Source: Paraphysomonas bandaiensis
Taxonomy: Eukaryota > Protista > Chrysophyceae
DNA length: 64,000 bases
Reading direction: 5' to 3'
Assembly: GCA_965644295.1 (NCBI GenBank)
Contig: CBFFRP010000338.1
Span: forward strand, 186,001-250,000
Positions 13,006-24,154 of the stretch are shown here, piece by piece; the first letter of the stretch is position 1, and the number at the start of each line of letters is the position of its first letter. The translations under genes were made by a program, and so were the position numbers. The notes under the pieces were generated by a model. The model ran no database searches. It was not told where the DNA came from and was given only the letters and a program-made list of their open reading frames with translations.

Positions 13006-14187
13006 CTAGCTAGATTTTAATTTCCTGGCATGGCGAACAAGGCGTTGAAGAATCTTCGACTTGCTGCTAGTACTGCTAGTAGTTTTTGCAGACATGTGAC
13101 TATCTATACTACTCCTTGACGAGACGGTGATGTCATCTTGCACATCTCCCACTGACCTTGACCTTTGTCGAGACACACGTCTGGGTGAATGTGATGTCCT
13201 CTCCTCTTTCATCCTAGCAACATGCTGGAGTCGAGAGAGATAGGCAGACTTTCGTCCCGGTATAACCGGAGGTTTGCTGGGTGGATGGACATCTCGAGGA
13301 GGAGTTTCAGGGAGGTAGATATCCTCCCTTCCAGGGGTAAAATCCCGGGGCCGAATATGACGAGCTTCAACCCCCTCTTCATCATCACCCAAACTGCCAC
13401 TGCTGAGAGAACTGCATGTACCCCTTTCTCCTTCTTCCTCACTGATATAACACGAAATAGCCTCATTTGAAGTTGAAATTGGAGCATTTTCAACTCTGTC
13501 CCGCTCAAAATCCGCAATGCCGTAAGACACACGGGAGAAACTTGGTACAGTGGAGACTGGAATAGGAGAAATATCCCATGTACACTCGTCCATAGAGTCC
13601 TCACTAATACTAAGACTGCTCTGAATGCGTAGCGACGGTGGGGCGGCGGGGCCTGTATTCCAACCGGTGTGGGTTGACATCGAATCCATATGGCAGTCCA
13701 AGACTGTGGAAGACAAAGGAACTTGGCCATGTTGAGAAGAAATACTACGGCATGCAGGACTTATATCGTGATCATAGCACTCTCGTCCAGCTCTAGACTT
13801 AGACTTTTTACGGAGACTTACTGATACAGGAGCTTCAGGTTTAGGTGGTGGGCATGACAGAGTATCATTCTTAGCACATGTACTTTTCAAAGAACTGTCT
13901 GAATCATCACCAAAAACTGCAGAAAAAGCTATATAAGGAGCCGCCAAAAGATACACTATGGCTACCAATACAGTTTCTAGTATTGTACTCTTCATTTCTA
14001 TCAGTGTCGACATATCGAAGCCAGAGTGTAAAGAAGTTGAAGCCTTAAAGTAGACAGATCGAATCCATGGCACCAGTATAGCATAAAGCTCATTACAAAT
14101 AGTATAAAGGACATATGGCCCATAAATAACGTATACAATAAGGCTCGTTACAGTGCCAATATTAGAGGATGTGGAACTTTCTGGCAT
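13006..14187 (-). CDS. Hypothetical protein with two N-terminal hydrophobic segments and a Ser/Pro-rich disordered tail
   Basis: Long intronless ORF (422 aa in track). Probable start is MPESSTSS. No recognisable domain. Confidence 0.7.
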   Translation of the reverse strand: MPESSTSSNIGTVTSLIVYVIYGPYVLYTICNELYAILVPWIRSVYFKASTSLHSGFDMSTLIEMKSTILETVLVAIVYLLAAPYIAFSAVFGDDSDSSLKSTCAKNDTLSCPPPKPEAPVSVSLRKKSKSRAGRECYDHDISPACRSISSQHGQVPLSSTVLDCHMDSMSTHTGWNTGPAAPPSLRIQSSLSISEDSMDECTWDISPIPVSTVPSFSRVSYGIADFERDRVENAPISTSNEAISCYISEEEGERGTCSSLSSGSLGDDEEGVEARHIRPRDFTPGREDIYLPETPPRDVHPPSKPPVIPGRKSAYLSRLQHVARMKEERTSHSPRRVSRQRSRSVGDVQDDITVSSRSSIDSHMSAKTTSSTSSKSKILQRLVRHARKLKSS

Positions 14188-14873
14188 AATGGATTTGATA
14201 GAATGGTTTAATGGATATATATATACAGATGTGTTTGTATATATCACATACTGTGTTAAGGAGCTAGGATACACTCCCTTGTAATATTTCCCTTTCCACT
14301 AGAGTCACAGAATGCTATATAGTGGGTCAAGAGTGTAAATAATTCTGCTAAATTGTAAAGTAGATAATTGGAACTATGTTCAACTGCTATACACCAACAC
14401 ACCGTACAGACGTATAGGTATATATATATACAGCAACACGTACATAGCAGTACAGATATTTGTATTGTACATACAGTTTTTTAAAAAAAAAGAAAGGTTT
14501 ATATACAAATCTGGGGGTTTGTGTGAAAACCCCCGTACCAAGCCTAAATTCGTTCATCATATCGAGAACTGACTGCACTGTTTAGCAGATTTTTTTTGGT
14601 TTCCTCATAAAAAATGACCATTTTTTTGTATAAATTGTATTTTCATTTATAAAAAGCGCATATACACCATAAAAGTTGTGTGGTGTACATACACTATCTA
14701 TAGTAGATATGGAATAATACATACCTATACGTAACGGTATATGATAGAGCTATGCATATATGCACTCTCATATATGTATGCTCTGATATTAAGATGCATA
14801 TCACCTCCATGCAATTCTACCTGCACACCAGATAGTAATACTTATAAGACTATTGGTAGACTGCACGGGAGCT

Positions 14874-17121
14874 ATGTTTTCCTTATCAAAGAGATGGGAA
14901 ACAATGTTTTTCTTATTCACAGGTATGTAATAGATATACGAGTGTAACTGTATTATGATAGCTAGCTTATATGCAATGAAAACTATGCATTTTAACATCT
15001 AAATATGAACAAAATTATTTAGGTGCAACTATTGCGTATACATTACGTGTCAATATGAGCGTATGTGCGCAAAAAATGAAAGATGAACTCGATTGGTCTG
15101 AAACTGAGAAGGGACTAGTGCTCTCTGCATTCTTTTGGGGATACTCAGCTGGTATAGTACCATTATTACTTTTGGTGTGGGACTGTGTAATTATGTTCAT
15201 GTTAAGGTCAAATTCCAGCTTCACTTGTTGCGGAGAAGTTGGGCTCCAAGGCGACTTTTGGTTTTGCGATATTAGCCCCGTCAGTTCTGACCCTGTTGGT
15301 TCCTCTGGCGAGCAGGACATCATTTTCTGCTATCCTATTGACTCGTGCTTTTATTGGTCTTGCCGCGGCTGCAACGTTTCCTTCAATATATCACTTTTAT
15401 CCGCGATGGGTGCCTTCAAGCGAGAAGACGAAAATGATATCATTCTCCCACTCTGGGATGTACGTGGTAAGTGAGTAGGTATTATGATATTAATTCCTCT
15501 TGAGTGACTTGGACTGTGTTAATGTATTAGTCATGACTGTTAATGTGTATATGAGCCGTACTGATATTGATTTCGAAAAAAAGGGGGAGATGCTTGGCTT
15601 TGCATTGTCTGGTGGACTGATTAACACCACTGTGGACACAGGAGGGATGCATTTTGATGGCTGGGAGCTTGTGTTTTATCTGTTTGGTTTGTTTGGTATC
15701 ATTTGGTTTCCTTTCTTTGTGTGGCGGGTGAGTTTTTTTGTATGTCGGTTGTATCATTGAAATTGCAGTGGGTGATGGAAGTTTACGTATTCGACTTGTA
15801 CTGCTGATCAACCTTACTTCCAGGTGTATGATACCCCTGAAGAACATCCTTACATATCTCCCGAGGAAGTTCTACTAATCAAAAATGGTACCATAGTGTA
15901 TGGTATTTTTGCGGCTGTGCTTAAATGTGTTGTTTAGGTCGATTGGGGATGCGGGAAGAAGATGCGGAGAGCATGACAAAACCACTCCTGGTGGATGACA
16001 ACGACGTGGATGTCGATGGACTGAGACGCCGCCGTGTATCTAGCAGCAGTAGTGCTATTATGTCTGCAGTGGCAGGTGGATCAGCAACACCCGGTATGGA
16101 AGGCCTTTTGTCAGCCTCCGAGGACACAGATATGGGAGGTGATAGAGATAACAGCCAACCCGCCCGTAAAGGTTTTGGAGTGTCCGATATCCCATGGGGA
16201 CCTATATTCACTCATCCGGTAGCGTTGACATTATTTTTTAACATGTGGACGTACGGATGGATTGGGTACATGGTATTGACAGAGATGCCTTCCTTCCTTA
16301 CAGATGTTCTAGGTATTGGTGATATGAAATGCATGTAGTCTGGTTATATGTATTTTTGTATTGATTCCTGTGGTGGCATCTCGAACTTCTATACATATTT
16401 CCAAATGTTGTACAACGGCAGGTCATGTCTACATCGTCACCGTACTCACCAATTAAATGAGAAAATTAATAAGCCTTTTTATCTTGCACAGGATACGACC
16501 TCGAAGATGCTGGAATGTTGAGTGTGGTACCCTACGTTGCAAACTTTGTTTCGGTGGTGGTATTCGGGTCTCTATTCGACTATATGCAAGCACATAGGGA
16601 ATGGTCAGTATACATGGTGCGGCAGTGGGCTGAGCGTATTGCTTTTATTGGATCAGGAAGCTGTCTAATTGCCTGTGGGTTTCTCCATAATCCAGGTGCG
16701 CCACATTATGTCGTATTTACTATATAATAAATTTCTATTACTTACATATTTTTGTGTTAAATTGATAGGGGTCGCGTTTACCTTCATGGTACTTGCGTTG
16801 TGGTGTTTTGGTGCCCTTCAGAGTGGTATTGCTTGTGCCTACTTGGATACAGCTCCCAACTTTTCGACTATTATGAACACAATTGGAAATATGATTGGGG
16901 CAATTGCAGGAGTTATGGGACCTATTGTTGTTTCACTATTCGTGACTACCTGGAGCGGGAGAGAGGGGTGGCAGATGGTATTCTTTCTCACCGCCGGTAT
17001 GTGTGTGGTATCGCTCATTGTGTGGAAAATATATATGAAATGTGAGATTATACCAGCCCTTAATACACCAGTTGGGGAAAAAAAGGAGTACGATAGGAAT
17101 ATTGTAGATGAAAAAAACTGA
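14874..17121 (+). CDS. MFS anion transporter, SLC17/sialin/PHT4 family, multi-exon
   Basis: MFSLSKRW...YTLRVNMS, WSETEKGLVLSAFFWGY, TRAFIGLAAAATFPSIYHFYPRWVPSSEK, DTPEEHPYISPEE, IPWGPIF and LDTAPNFS are SLC17 hallmarks. Confidence 0.9.
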
Positions 17122-17851
17122 AATACAAATACCTATTTCAGGCATTGTTTAAATTAAAAGAATACAGTATAACATATAGAGAGAGCGAGAAATGTTCGGT
17201 GTATGAATTCTAAGCAGACGGACATTTCTGTGAAGTTTGATTGTTAATTTTTTCAGTTATTTCTACAAGATATTTAGTGGTGAGACTAATACAGCTGGAA
17301 GGTACTTTTTAATAAAAGATTTCAAATAGTATTAAGTAAATATACTATTCCATTATTATAATATAATGTATTTATTTTGAAATATGAAGCCCTGTTTACA
17401 GTTAACATTTGAATGGGATGGGCGAATGGCGAAGCGTAGCGGAATGGAGAAAGAATTCTTCTTAACAAAATCCTCCTCCACAGAACGTACTTGCAGCTTG
17501 TTAATGTTTTTCGCCAGTATCTATTCTTTATTCTATGTAATAATAAAATACAAAACTACAAACACAGGACTATAGGAATAAAATATGCAAAGAAACTGAA
17601 ACATACACAGGACGACGTCTCTCAACATGTTGGAAATTGCTCATTCTTAACTAGATCTCAGAGAGAATTTGTCGTTATAGACTAGATAGATTAATATTTA
17701 ATATCGTTTACACGAAGTATAACAAACAACACAATCTCATTTTGCTCCACGCATACTCTCCTACACATGTGAACCTCTCGTTACTAAACATATCTTAAAA
17801 GATTAAACTATTTCATTTTCTCAATATCATCACAGCATTTGTACATCACCA

Positions 17852-18186
17852 CCTTCAACAAAGTCGGACTCGCACCTTTTCGTGGTGTTCTGGGGGATAA
17901 GTACCGGAGAGATTCTCTCTGGGAAACTAACGTGAGCCGCAAACATAGTCAGCAGATATTCTTCTGCCCACTCATAGCCGAATGCTTGTGTGGTACAAGG
18001 GACACCAATAAGTGTCACTTGTGTAGACGTCTTTGGGCCCTGACGAATAAACAGGCATCCAGAAATGGGCCCACCTCAAGGGCATCCGGGACAGGGCCCA
18101 CCTGAAGGGTAACCGGGGTATTGGGCTGCCTGCTGCTGAAGTCAAGCATCCGGGATGTTCACAGTGCTAAATAAAAGACTTTCAAT
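17852..18186. mobile_element. GC-rich SINE-like element, copy 2, with a 15-bp flanking direct repeat
   Basis: Inverted relative to copy 1 and shares both its ends, but lacks ~175 internal nt. ATTTGTACATCACCA flanks it at 17837-17851 and 18187-18201. Confidence 0.8.
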
Positions 18187-18248
18187 ATTTGTACATCACC
18201 ATATTTTGCTGTATTCTCGTACATTGCCACGCTGAATATACTAGAATA

Positions 18249-18433
18249 CAACAAAGTTGAACTCGCACCTTTTCGTGGTGTTCTGGGATAATAATTTCTC
18301 CGGGAAACTAACGGGATATGTATATATATAATCATCAGATATTTTTCGGTCCACTCACAGCCAAATGTTTGTGTGGTACAAGAGGGATACTAATATAATA
18401 GGTGTCACTTGTGTAGACGTCTTTGAGCCCTGA
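18249..18433. mobile_element. SINE-like element, diverged copy 4
   Basis: Aligns to 17856-18043 (CAACAAAGT..CTCGCACCTTTTCGTGGTGTTCTGG...GTGTCACTTGTGTAGACGTCTTTG). Confidence 0.8.
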
Positions 18434-18567
18434 TGTACTGTATTATCTCTTCTAATATATATAACCCAGCAACATACTGTATCTTTCTAAACCCTATTTA
18501 ACATATCCTATTAATAAGTTAAAAGAAACTACATAATTTGATTCACTAACGTTAATGTTATATATGT

Positions 18568-18676
18568 CAGGGCCTGGTAACCATTAATGGAAATTTCCGG
18601 GACTTATATCATTAATAGTATAATAATAGTTATAATAGCACTGAACTGGGCCATTAATGGCATCTACAGGTACGTG
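18568..18676. mobile_element. Degenerate hAT MITE (CAGGGCCTGG family)
   Basis: Left terminal inverted repeat (TIR) CAGGGCCTGGTAACCATTAATGG, decayed right TIR. Flanks ATATATGT / ATATATGC match at 7/8. Confidence 0.65.
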
Positions 18677-19343
18677 ATATATGCTATTAAGAATTTAGTG
18701 TTCTTCAGAGAGAGCATCTTTTCTATTCTCTGAAGAAACTGTAAACTCTGCAGTATTGCATAATATTACATTGGTAATATCCATATACATGTTTGGAAGA
18801 AGTTACACAACATATTGTACCATATTAAAGAACGATGTAATGCACAGAGTCTTCTTCAGACTGTGTTCGGATAATCCTCTATAGGAGTTTTGTCGTTATG
18901 CAATTATCGCCGAAAGCAAGATATAAAGCGAGTCAGGCACTTCAATTGTTGCGTCGCAAATTCTTTTGAAACTGGACTCATCCACTGATGTTCGTGCATC
19001 CTACAGCAATCACGACGACGAAAGTGAAGAAACTGACGTATGTGTGTCGTTTAAAAAATAGTGCTGAACAAATAGCACCTCTAGTACATATTTATCATGA
19101 CCAAGGAACAAAATTTAAAGCACATACAATAGAATTGTGATACAGGACCGTTTTATTGGCTCGATTACCACTTAGTTTTTTCAAATATAAAAATATCGTC
19201 CAAACCAAAAAATATAATTCTAATCTTTCATAAACACATATCTGATATTTATTACGCAAATAAACAATAACTATGTGCACACTTAATCAATTAGAAAATA
19301 TCTCAATTCACATAATATATATACAACACAAAAATAAAAATCA

Positions 19344-20222
19344 TCAAAAGAAAGAATCGTAGTGCTCAGATTCTTGGCGATGTACAACTCTAATGGCTGC
19401 ATTTCCCTTTCTCCCCCCTGCATTTTGCCTGTAAGTATGTCCACTTTCTTTTCTAAAAATCCTTCTACGACTAGAGATGTCGCTGGCTTGTGAATGTGCT
19501 CCGCTGCGATAAGAAGGGTCCCCACTAATACCTCTTTGCAAATCAGATTTTCTCTGAAATGGTACAACAGTAACCGATTGCTTGTTTCTATAAATTTTGC
19601 TGACAATAATTCCACCCGTTTTCGGTCGCCTGAAAGATTCCTCATCTTCAGATACAACATCTGTTTGTATATCCATAGCATTTACTGAACCAGTCGCATA
19701 ACTTGCCATGCGTTTATACTGTTCCATATCTTGTGCAGCAACCTCTCGAATATAATTCGCCAATTTATTTCGAACATATTGTTCACCACACCTTTGTTGA
19801 TGTAGAATATCTTTTAATAGAACATATGATGAATTCTTTGGTGTCAATTGTTTAGCAAATGCAATTGCTTCATTTTTCTTTGTGAATATATTATGACTAT
19901 AGAGACTAATACCAAAAATTTTATAATAAACACCAAAATCTTCAGAGTTTTGTTTTAATGAATCAAAACGTTTTTCAAATATTTGGATTTCTGTATTAGT
20001 AGCATGTGAAACTTTTTCTAAATGAATTCCATGTCCAGCACACCATTTTTTCCAATCATTTGCTGTCGTATTAATTGGTTCTGATATCTTATCATTTGAT
20101 TTGGTTAATATATTAATACGTTTAGTATAAAATATGGAGGTATTTGATGGTTTATGTGGGATTGTTGGTAAGATAATACGGTCATTTTTAGGTTTTGAAT
20201 GATGTTTTTTAGATTGAAACAT
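19344..20222 (-). CDS. Orphan basic protein, paralogue A (292 aa)
   Basis: Intronless ORF with clear similarity to 36927-37922 (KSDLQRxxSGDPSYR, RKESGHTYR, RNKLA/RNKMA-x-YI). Confidence 0.85.
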   Translation of the reverse strand: MFQSKKHHSKPKNDRIILPTIPHKPSNTSIFYTKRINILTKSNDKISEPINTTANDWKKWCAGHGIHLEKVSHATNTEIQIFEKRFDSLKQNSEDFGVYYKIFGISLYSHNIFTKKNEAIAFAKQLTPKNSSYVLLKDILHQQRCGEQYVRNKLANYIREVAAQDMEQYKRMASYATGSVNAMDIQTDVVSEDEESFRRPKTGGIIVSKIYRNKQSVTVVPFQRKSDLQRGISGDPSYRSGAHSQASDISSRRRIFRKESGHTYRQNAGGRKGNAAIRVVHRQESEHYDSFF

Positions 20223-21118
20223 AAGATATTTATATATATATATGTATGTATGTCGAGAGAAAGTCAGTGAATTATATGGATCATATCATATGATAGATGA
20301 CTTCGTTTAGTACTGTTGTTCTCAGTAGATATATATATATATATGTGTGTATGGGATGGATGTATTTAACTTCGTTCTTCGGCTGTATGTATTCTCGCTT
20401 GTTGGTAACGTTTTTGATGGGATACTTCGAACTTCAATACATAGTGCTGACAATATACCGTCGTCAGTACGAAGTGCAGTTGACGTCATCGCCATTGTAC
20501 CTACCTATAGTACTACAGCAGTACCAACAGAGTACAATATGTACCTACAGTCCTACATGTACCTACATACTATTGTACATATGCTGTACATAAGTACATA
20601 CAACACTGTATACTGCAGTGCAGTATCTCGCTCTTGTCCATGCATTGCACTTTAACGGCAAGCTACAGTGTTCTTATAGTATATAGACACCTACACAACC
20701 TCTCCTGCAAAATATAATGCATGTTATTGCCAATAAATTATGATGTAACACATATTGTAACATCTTCCTCTAACAGATAGTGTTACACATGATCTACGTA
20801 TACCACCACTAGCAGAGCAGCTACAGTTACAGTTACAGAGTTTGGTGGACAGCATACAAGCACTCATGCTTATCCAGCATACATGGTCTGAACCGTCTGA
20901 ACACTTAATATATGAATATGTAGAACAGTCTGAACACTTACTCTCACAGTATATCGTCATGTATGAGTGATTGCGTTGTATTCATACGATATTCGTCACT
21001 AAATAAGTGCCAATTCAATCTATATATCTATATAACGTTGTACAGGATAATTTCTTTTCTCTCATCTGATAAATCATTGTAATTTTAGATGACATATTTA
21101 ACGTACTATGCTAGATAT

Positions 21119-21230
21119 CAGGACTAGGGAACAAAGTATTACAATATATTGGTTGGTGGTCTGGCCAAAAATTCCATTAATATTGCTACTGTTAATGTAG
21201 CTTACAATATATTGCAAGCAATATTTTACT
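21119..21230. mobile_element. Truncated relative of the 57095-57809 hAT element
   Basis: CAGGACTAGGGAACAAAGTATTACAATAT resembles CAGGGATAGGGAACAATATATTGCAATAC. Has the CAATATATTGCAA subterminal motif. Confidence 0.45.
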
Positions 21231-21602
21231 AGTAGCCATCCATCAATAGCTAAATGAAACCATTTAATAGATATTGATTGCGTAACTCTCTAGTAAAGAT
21301 ATTTAATGTCTCGTTAAATTTTCTAGGGCCACTTACTACTAGATTACTTTTTTCTACTACAGGGAAAGACAACTCACTGGAATTGCTTATCGAACGATAC
21401 GATTTAATTATTTACAGTATAGTATATTCTTATGGGACTTCATTTCAGGAGTCTGCTTACGTACTATTTATACACACTGTGTACTATTCCATGGCAAAAT
21501 GCTTCTCAAATATTAATGTTTGCATAGGTCAGCACAAATACCATTCGTACAGCTGTATAGCAAATACATATATGGCACAGTGGCAGCAGCGAATCTGAGA
21601 AT

Positions 21603-23409
21603 TTATCCAGAAAATAGTTTCTGTAACGTTGGAAAAGACTGGGATACTCTATGTGGCCACTTCCAACTCACCCTTCCTTTCCCTTCTAAAGAATTCTCGT
21701 GTGTTCCAGCAAAATAACGCGTATAAAACTGTCAAATGAGTTCTTAATCATGCACACGTACGACATTGTGAAGCCTTACCTTTGACATTTGAATAACTCC
21801 TTGGGCTTCACTAGACACCAGTACTGTGTCATCCGTGAGTGTTCTAGATTCCTGTACATCGTTTGCACTATCGGTTACATCTTGAGTTTCTATATCACCA
21901 TATAGCAACATATCATCGTCACTTTCTACAGGGTCTGCGACACTATTGTCAGAATTCAGCACTTCGTCAGTGGCTTCAGATTCCTTCGTAGGCTCACTTG
22001 TGTCACCTTCATCCACATCACAGCCCTGTTGTTGAGGGCCCTCCTCGTTTTCTAAATTCGATCTTTCCTTTGCATTTAATTCATCCATATACGCACACCC
22101 TTTTAATAACTTTTTCGGAACTACTAAAGGACGGTTTAAATTAGCTTCGGAAGAAAGGCGCTTAACACATCGCCTCGACGTTATTTCATCGATACGTTTA
22201 CGATGAATCTGTTCGTATTCTACCCGCAATTTTTCATTGCACTCGTAACTATCTTGACCGTATTGAGTAACTAGAAGGAAAAGGTTACAAAGACTTGATA
22301 TGTACACGCCAATACCGCAACACACTCATCGGTGTTGAGATAAACTGATACGCACCTGTATTCAAGATTGAATCCCCAGTTAGTCTAACATCTCCATCGA
22401 CTGAATCGCGGCTCAATGTCGATACATTCTCGTTTAGACAAGGAAAGCCTCTGCACAATCCCTGCTGCATAGTCGGGACAAAATCATGGACTTCTCCACT
22501 AAATTTTCGACCGTAATCGCTGCTTGTTTTAATATGGTTGTTACTCGTCTCACTGACTCCAAGTTCTTTCCAGCCTTCACCTTTATATTCACCACCGCTC
22601 GTTGATATTCGTCTATCATGACGGCCGTCACTATCCCTGTCTTGGCTCCTGCCCCTCTCTTGGCCCCTACCTCCATTGCTACTTGTCGAGACAGCCTTGC
22701 AGTTAACCTTGTTCCTACCACAGTCCTGATGGTCCCTTTCCTTCGCTGAGATTCCTTCTATCATATGACTGCTGCTACTCCTACCCCTTCCCCAATCTCT
22801 ACGGTTTCTGCTATCCGACGAGAGTCTCTTATCCTTGTCTCTGTCGTCATAACCACGGTTGTTAGTGGAGAGTGCCTTCTCCTTATGACTATTCCTATCC
22901 CTGCTTCTACCACGATCGCCATAGCAGCTAGTTCCGGAAGAGGCCTTGTTATCATTATAGTTGCTGCTATCTCTGCTACGCCCGCGGTCATTATACTCAT
23001 CTTTACCTCTGAATGCCTGATTCTTCATATATCTATCACTTCTCATCTCCCTACTTCGGTCCGTAAATTCATTAGAAGTCTCCCTGGTTCGATCCCTGTG
23101 GCCACTTCGGACAGCCCTATCCACATATTTACCACCCGATCTGCTTCTACTACTGTCATGGTTGTCTCTTCTATCCCTGGTGATTCTGTTATCCCGATAT
23201 CTGTCACTATCCCTGTCTCTTCCATCAGTTTTTCCTTTTGATTCAGATTCACTATCAGATTTACGTCCTGTAGATGAACTGTAGTACGATCGAGAGGTAT
23301 GATCATTCCGCTCATATGTATGTGTATTACTAGAAGCAACTCGATCAGTTCTATCACGATAATCATTCTTTCCTCGTTTATAAGATGCATGAGATGAGTG
23401 TCTGTCCAT
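21603..23409 (-). CDS. Arg/Asp/Ser-rich low-complexity nuclear-type protein, multi-exon
   Basis: A 374-aa RD/RS-rich ORF joins a 193-aa acidic ORF through a phase-1 intron (AG|GTGCGT ... TTCTAG). The 3' end is approximate. Confidence 0.65.
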
Positions 23410-23732
23410 ATTTTAAATGAGAATCTTTGTTACAAGAATAGAGTGTAAAGTAACGTCTGTTTTGTATGGAGTTAATCGTATATGGGCAGTTATGTATAGT
23501 ATAATGACAGAGTAACGATATGATGGTGAGCTTTAATGATATGCAATTAACATAATCATGATGCGCTATTGAACAACCATCAACTACCTCCTGTACCTAC
23601 CTACCTAATAATAAGTACCTACCTACCAACCTACCTACTGTACCTACCTACTACCTACTACGAACGTACCTACCTACAGTACCTACATTCATACATACGG
23701 TACTTCGTACGCGTACATAATTCTGTCTACGA

Positions 23733-23860
23733 ATGTCGATCCAGCAATAAAATCGACCTTTTTTCTTTATTTGTAATATATATTGGTATATTGGTCATCA
23801 AAAAACAGGGATGCATCAAAAAAATCCTGGATTTCTTTGCTGGATCAACATGCATATTCC
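23733..23860. mobile_element. Palindromic MITE, second copy of the 6563-6722 family
   Basis: GTCGATCCAGCAATAAAATCGACCTTTTT...GATGCATCAAAAAAATCCTGGATTTCTTTGCTGGATCAAC is an inverted match to 6590-6695. Confidence 0.75.
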
Positions 23861-23884
23861 CCTCTGAATAGACATACTGTAGTA

Positions 23885-24030
23885 CATTCCCATACGTATC
23901 GGCATCCTCTGTATATTTTTGCCTCTAATATTGAGACAATAATTATCTGTATTCTATACGTAGTTATACTGCAGTAATATAGAATATATTTGATTCAATT
24001 TACTTCCGAAAAATAAGATGCTGACTACCG
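23885..24030 (+). repeat. ~150-bp dispersed promoter-proximal repeat, copy 1
   Basis: Matches 51460-51612 (+) and 48795-48950 (-). Confidence 0.75.
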
Positions 24031-24154
24031 ATACGTAAATTGAATTTCTAGTAGGGAGAGGAGCATATCTATCAACTCTCCATCTCTACACAATCTATTA
24101 CACATCTCACTCTCTTCTCACATACCCTCCTTCCCCCCCCCTCCCTTCTAATCA

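Noticed and set aside
18025-18075. Possible hammerhead ribozyme (CTGACGA...GAAA) in the SINE-like element
   Set aside because: No stem I or II pairing, and the GAAA is GGAA in copy 1.
17830-18105. Short ORFs in the SINE-like element
   Set aside because: Other copies carry stops and indels in these frames, and there is no recognisable domain.
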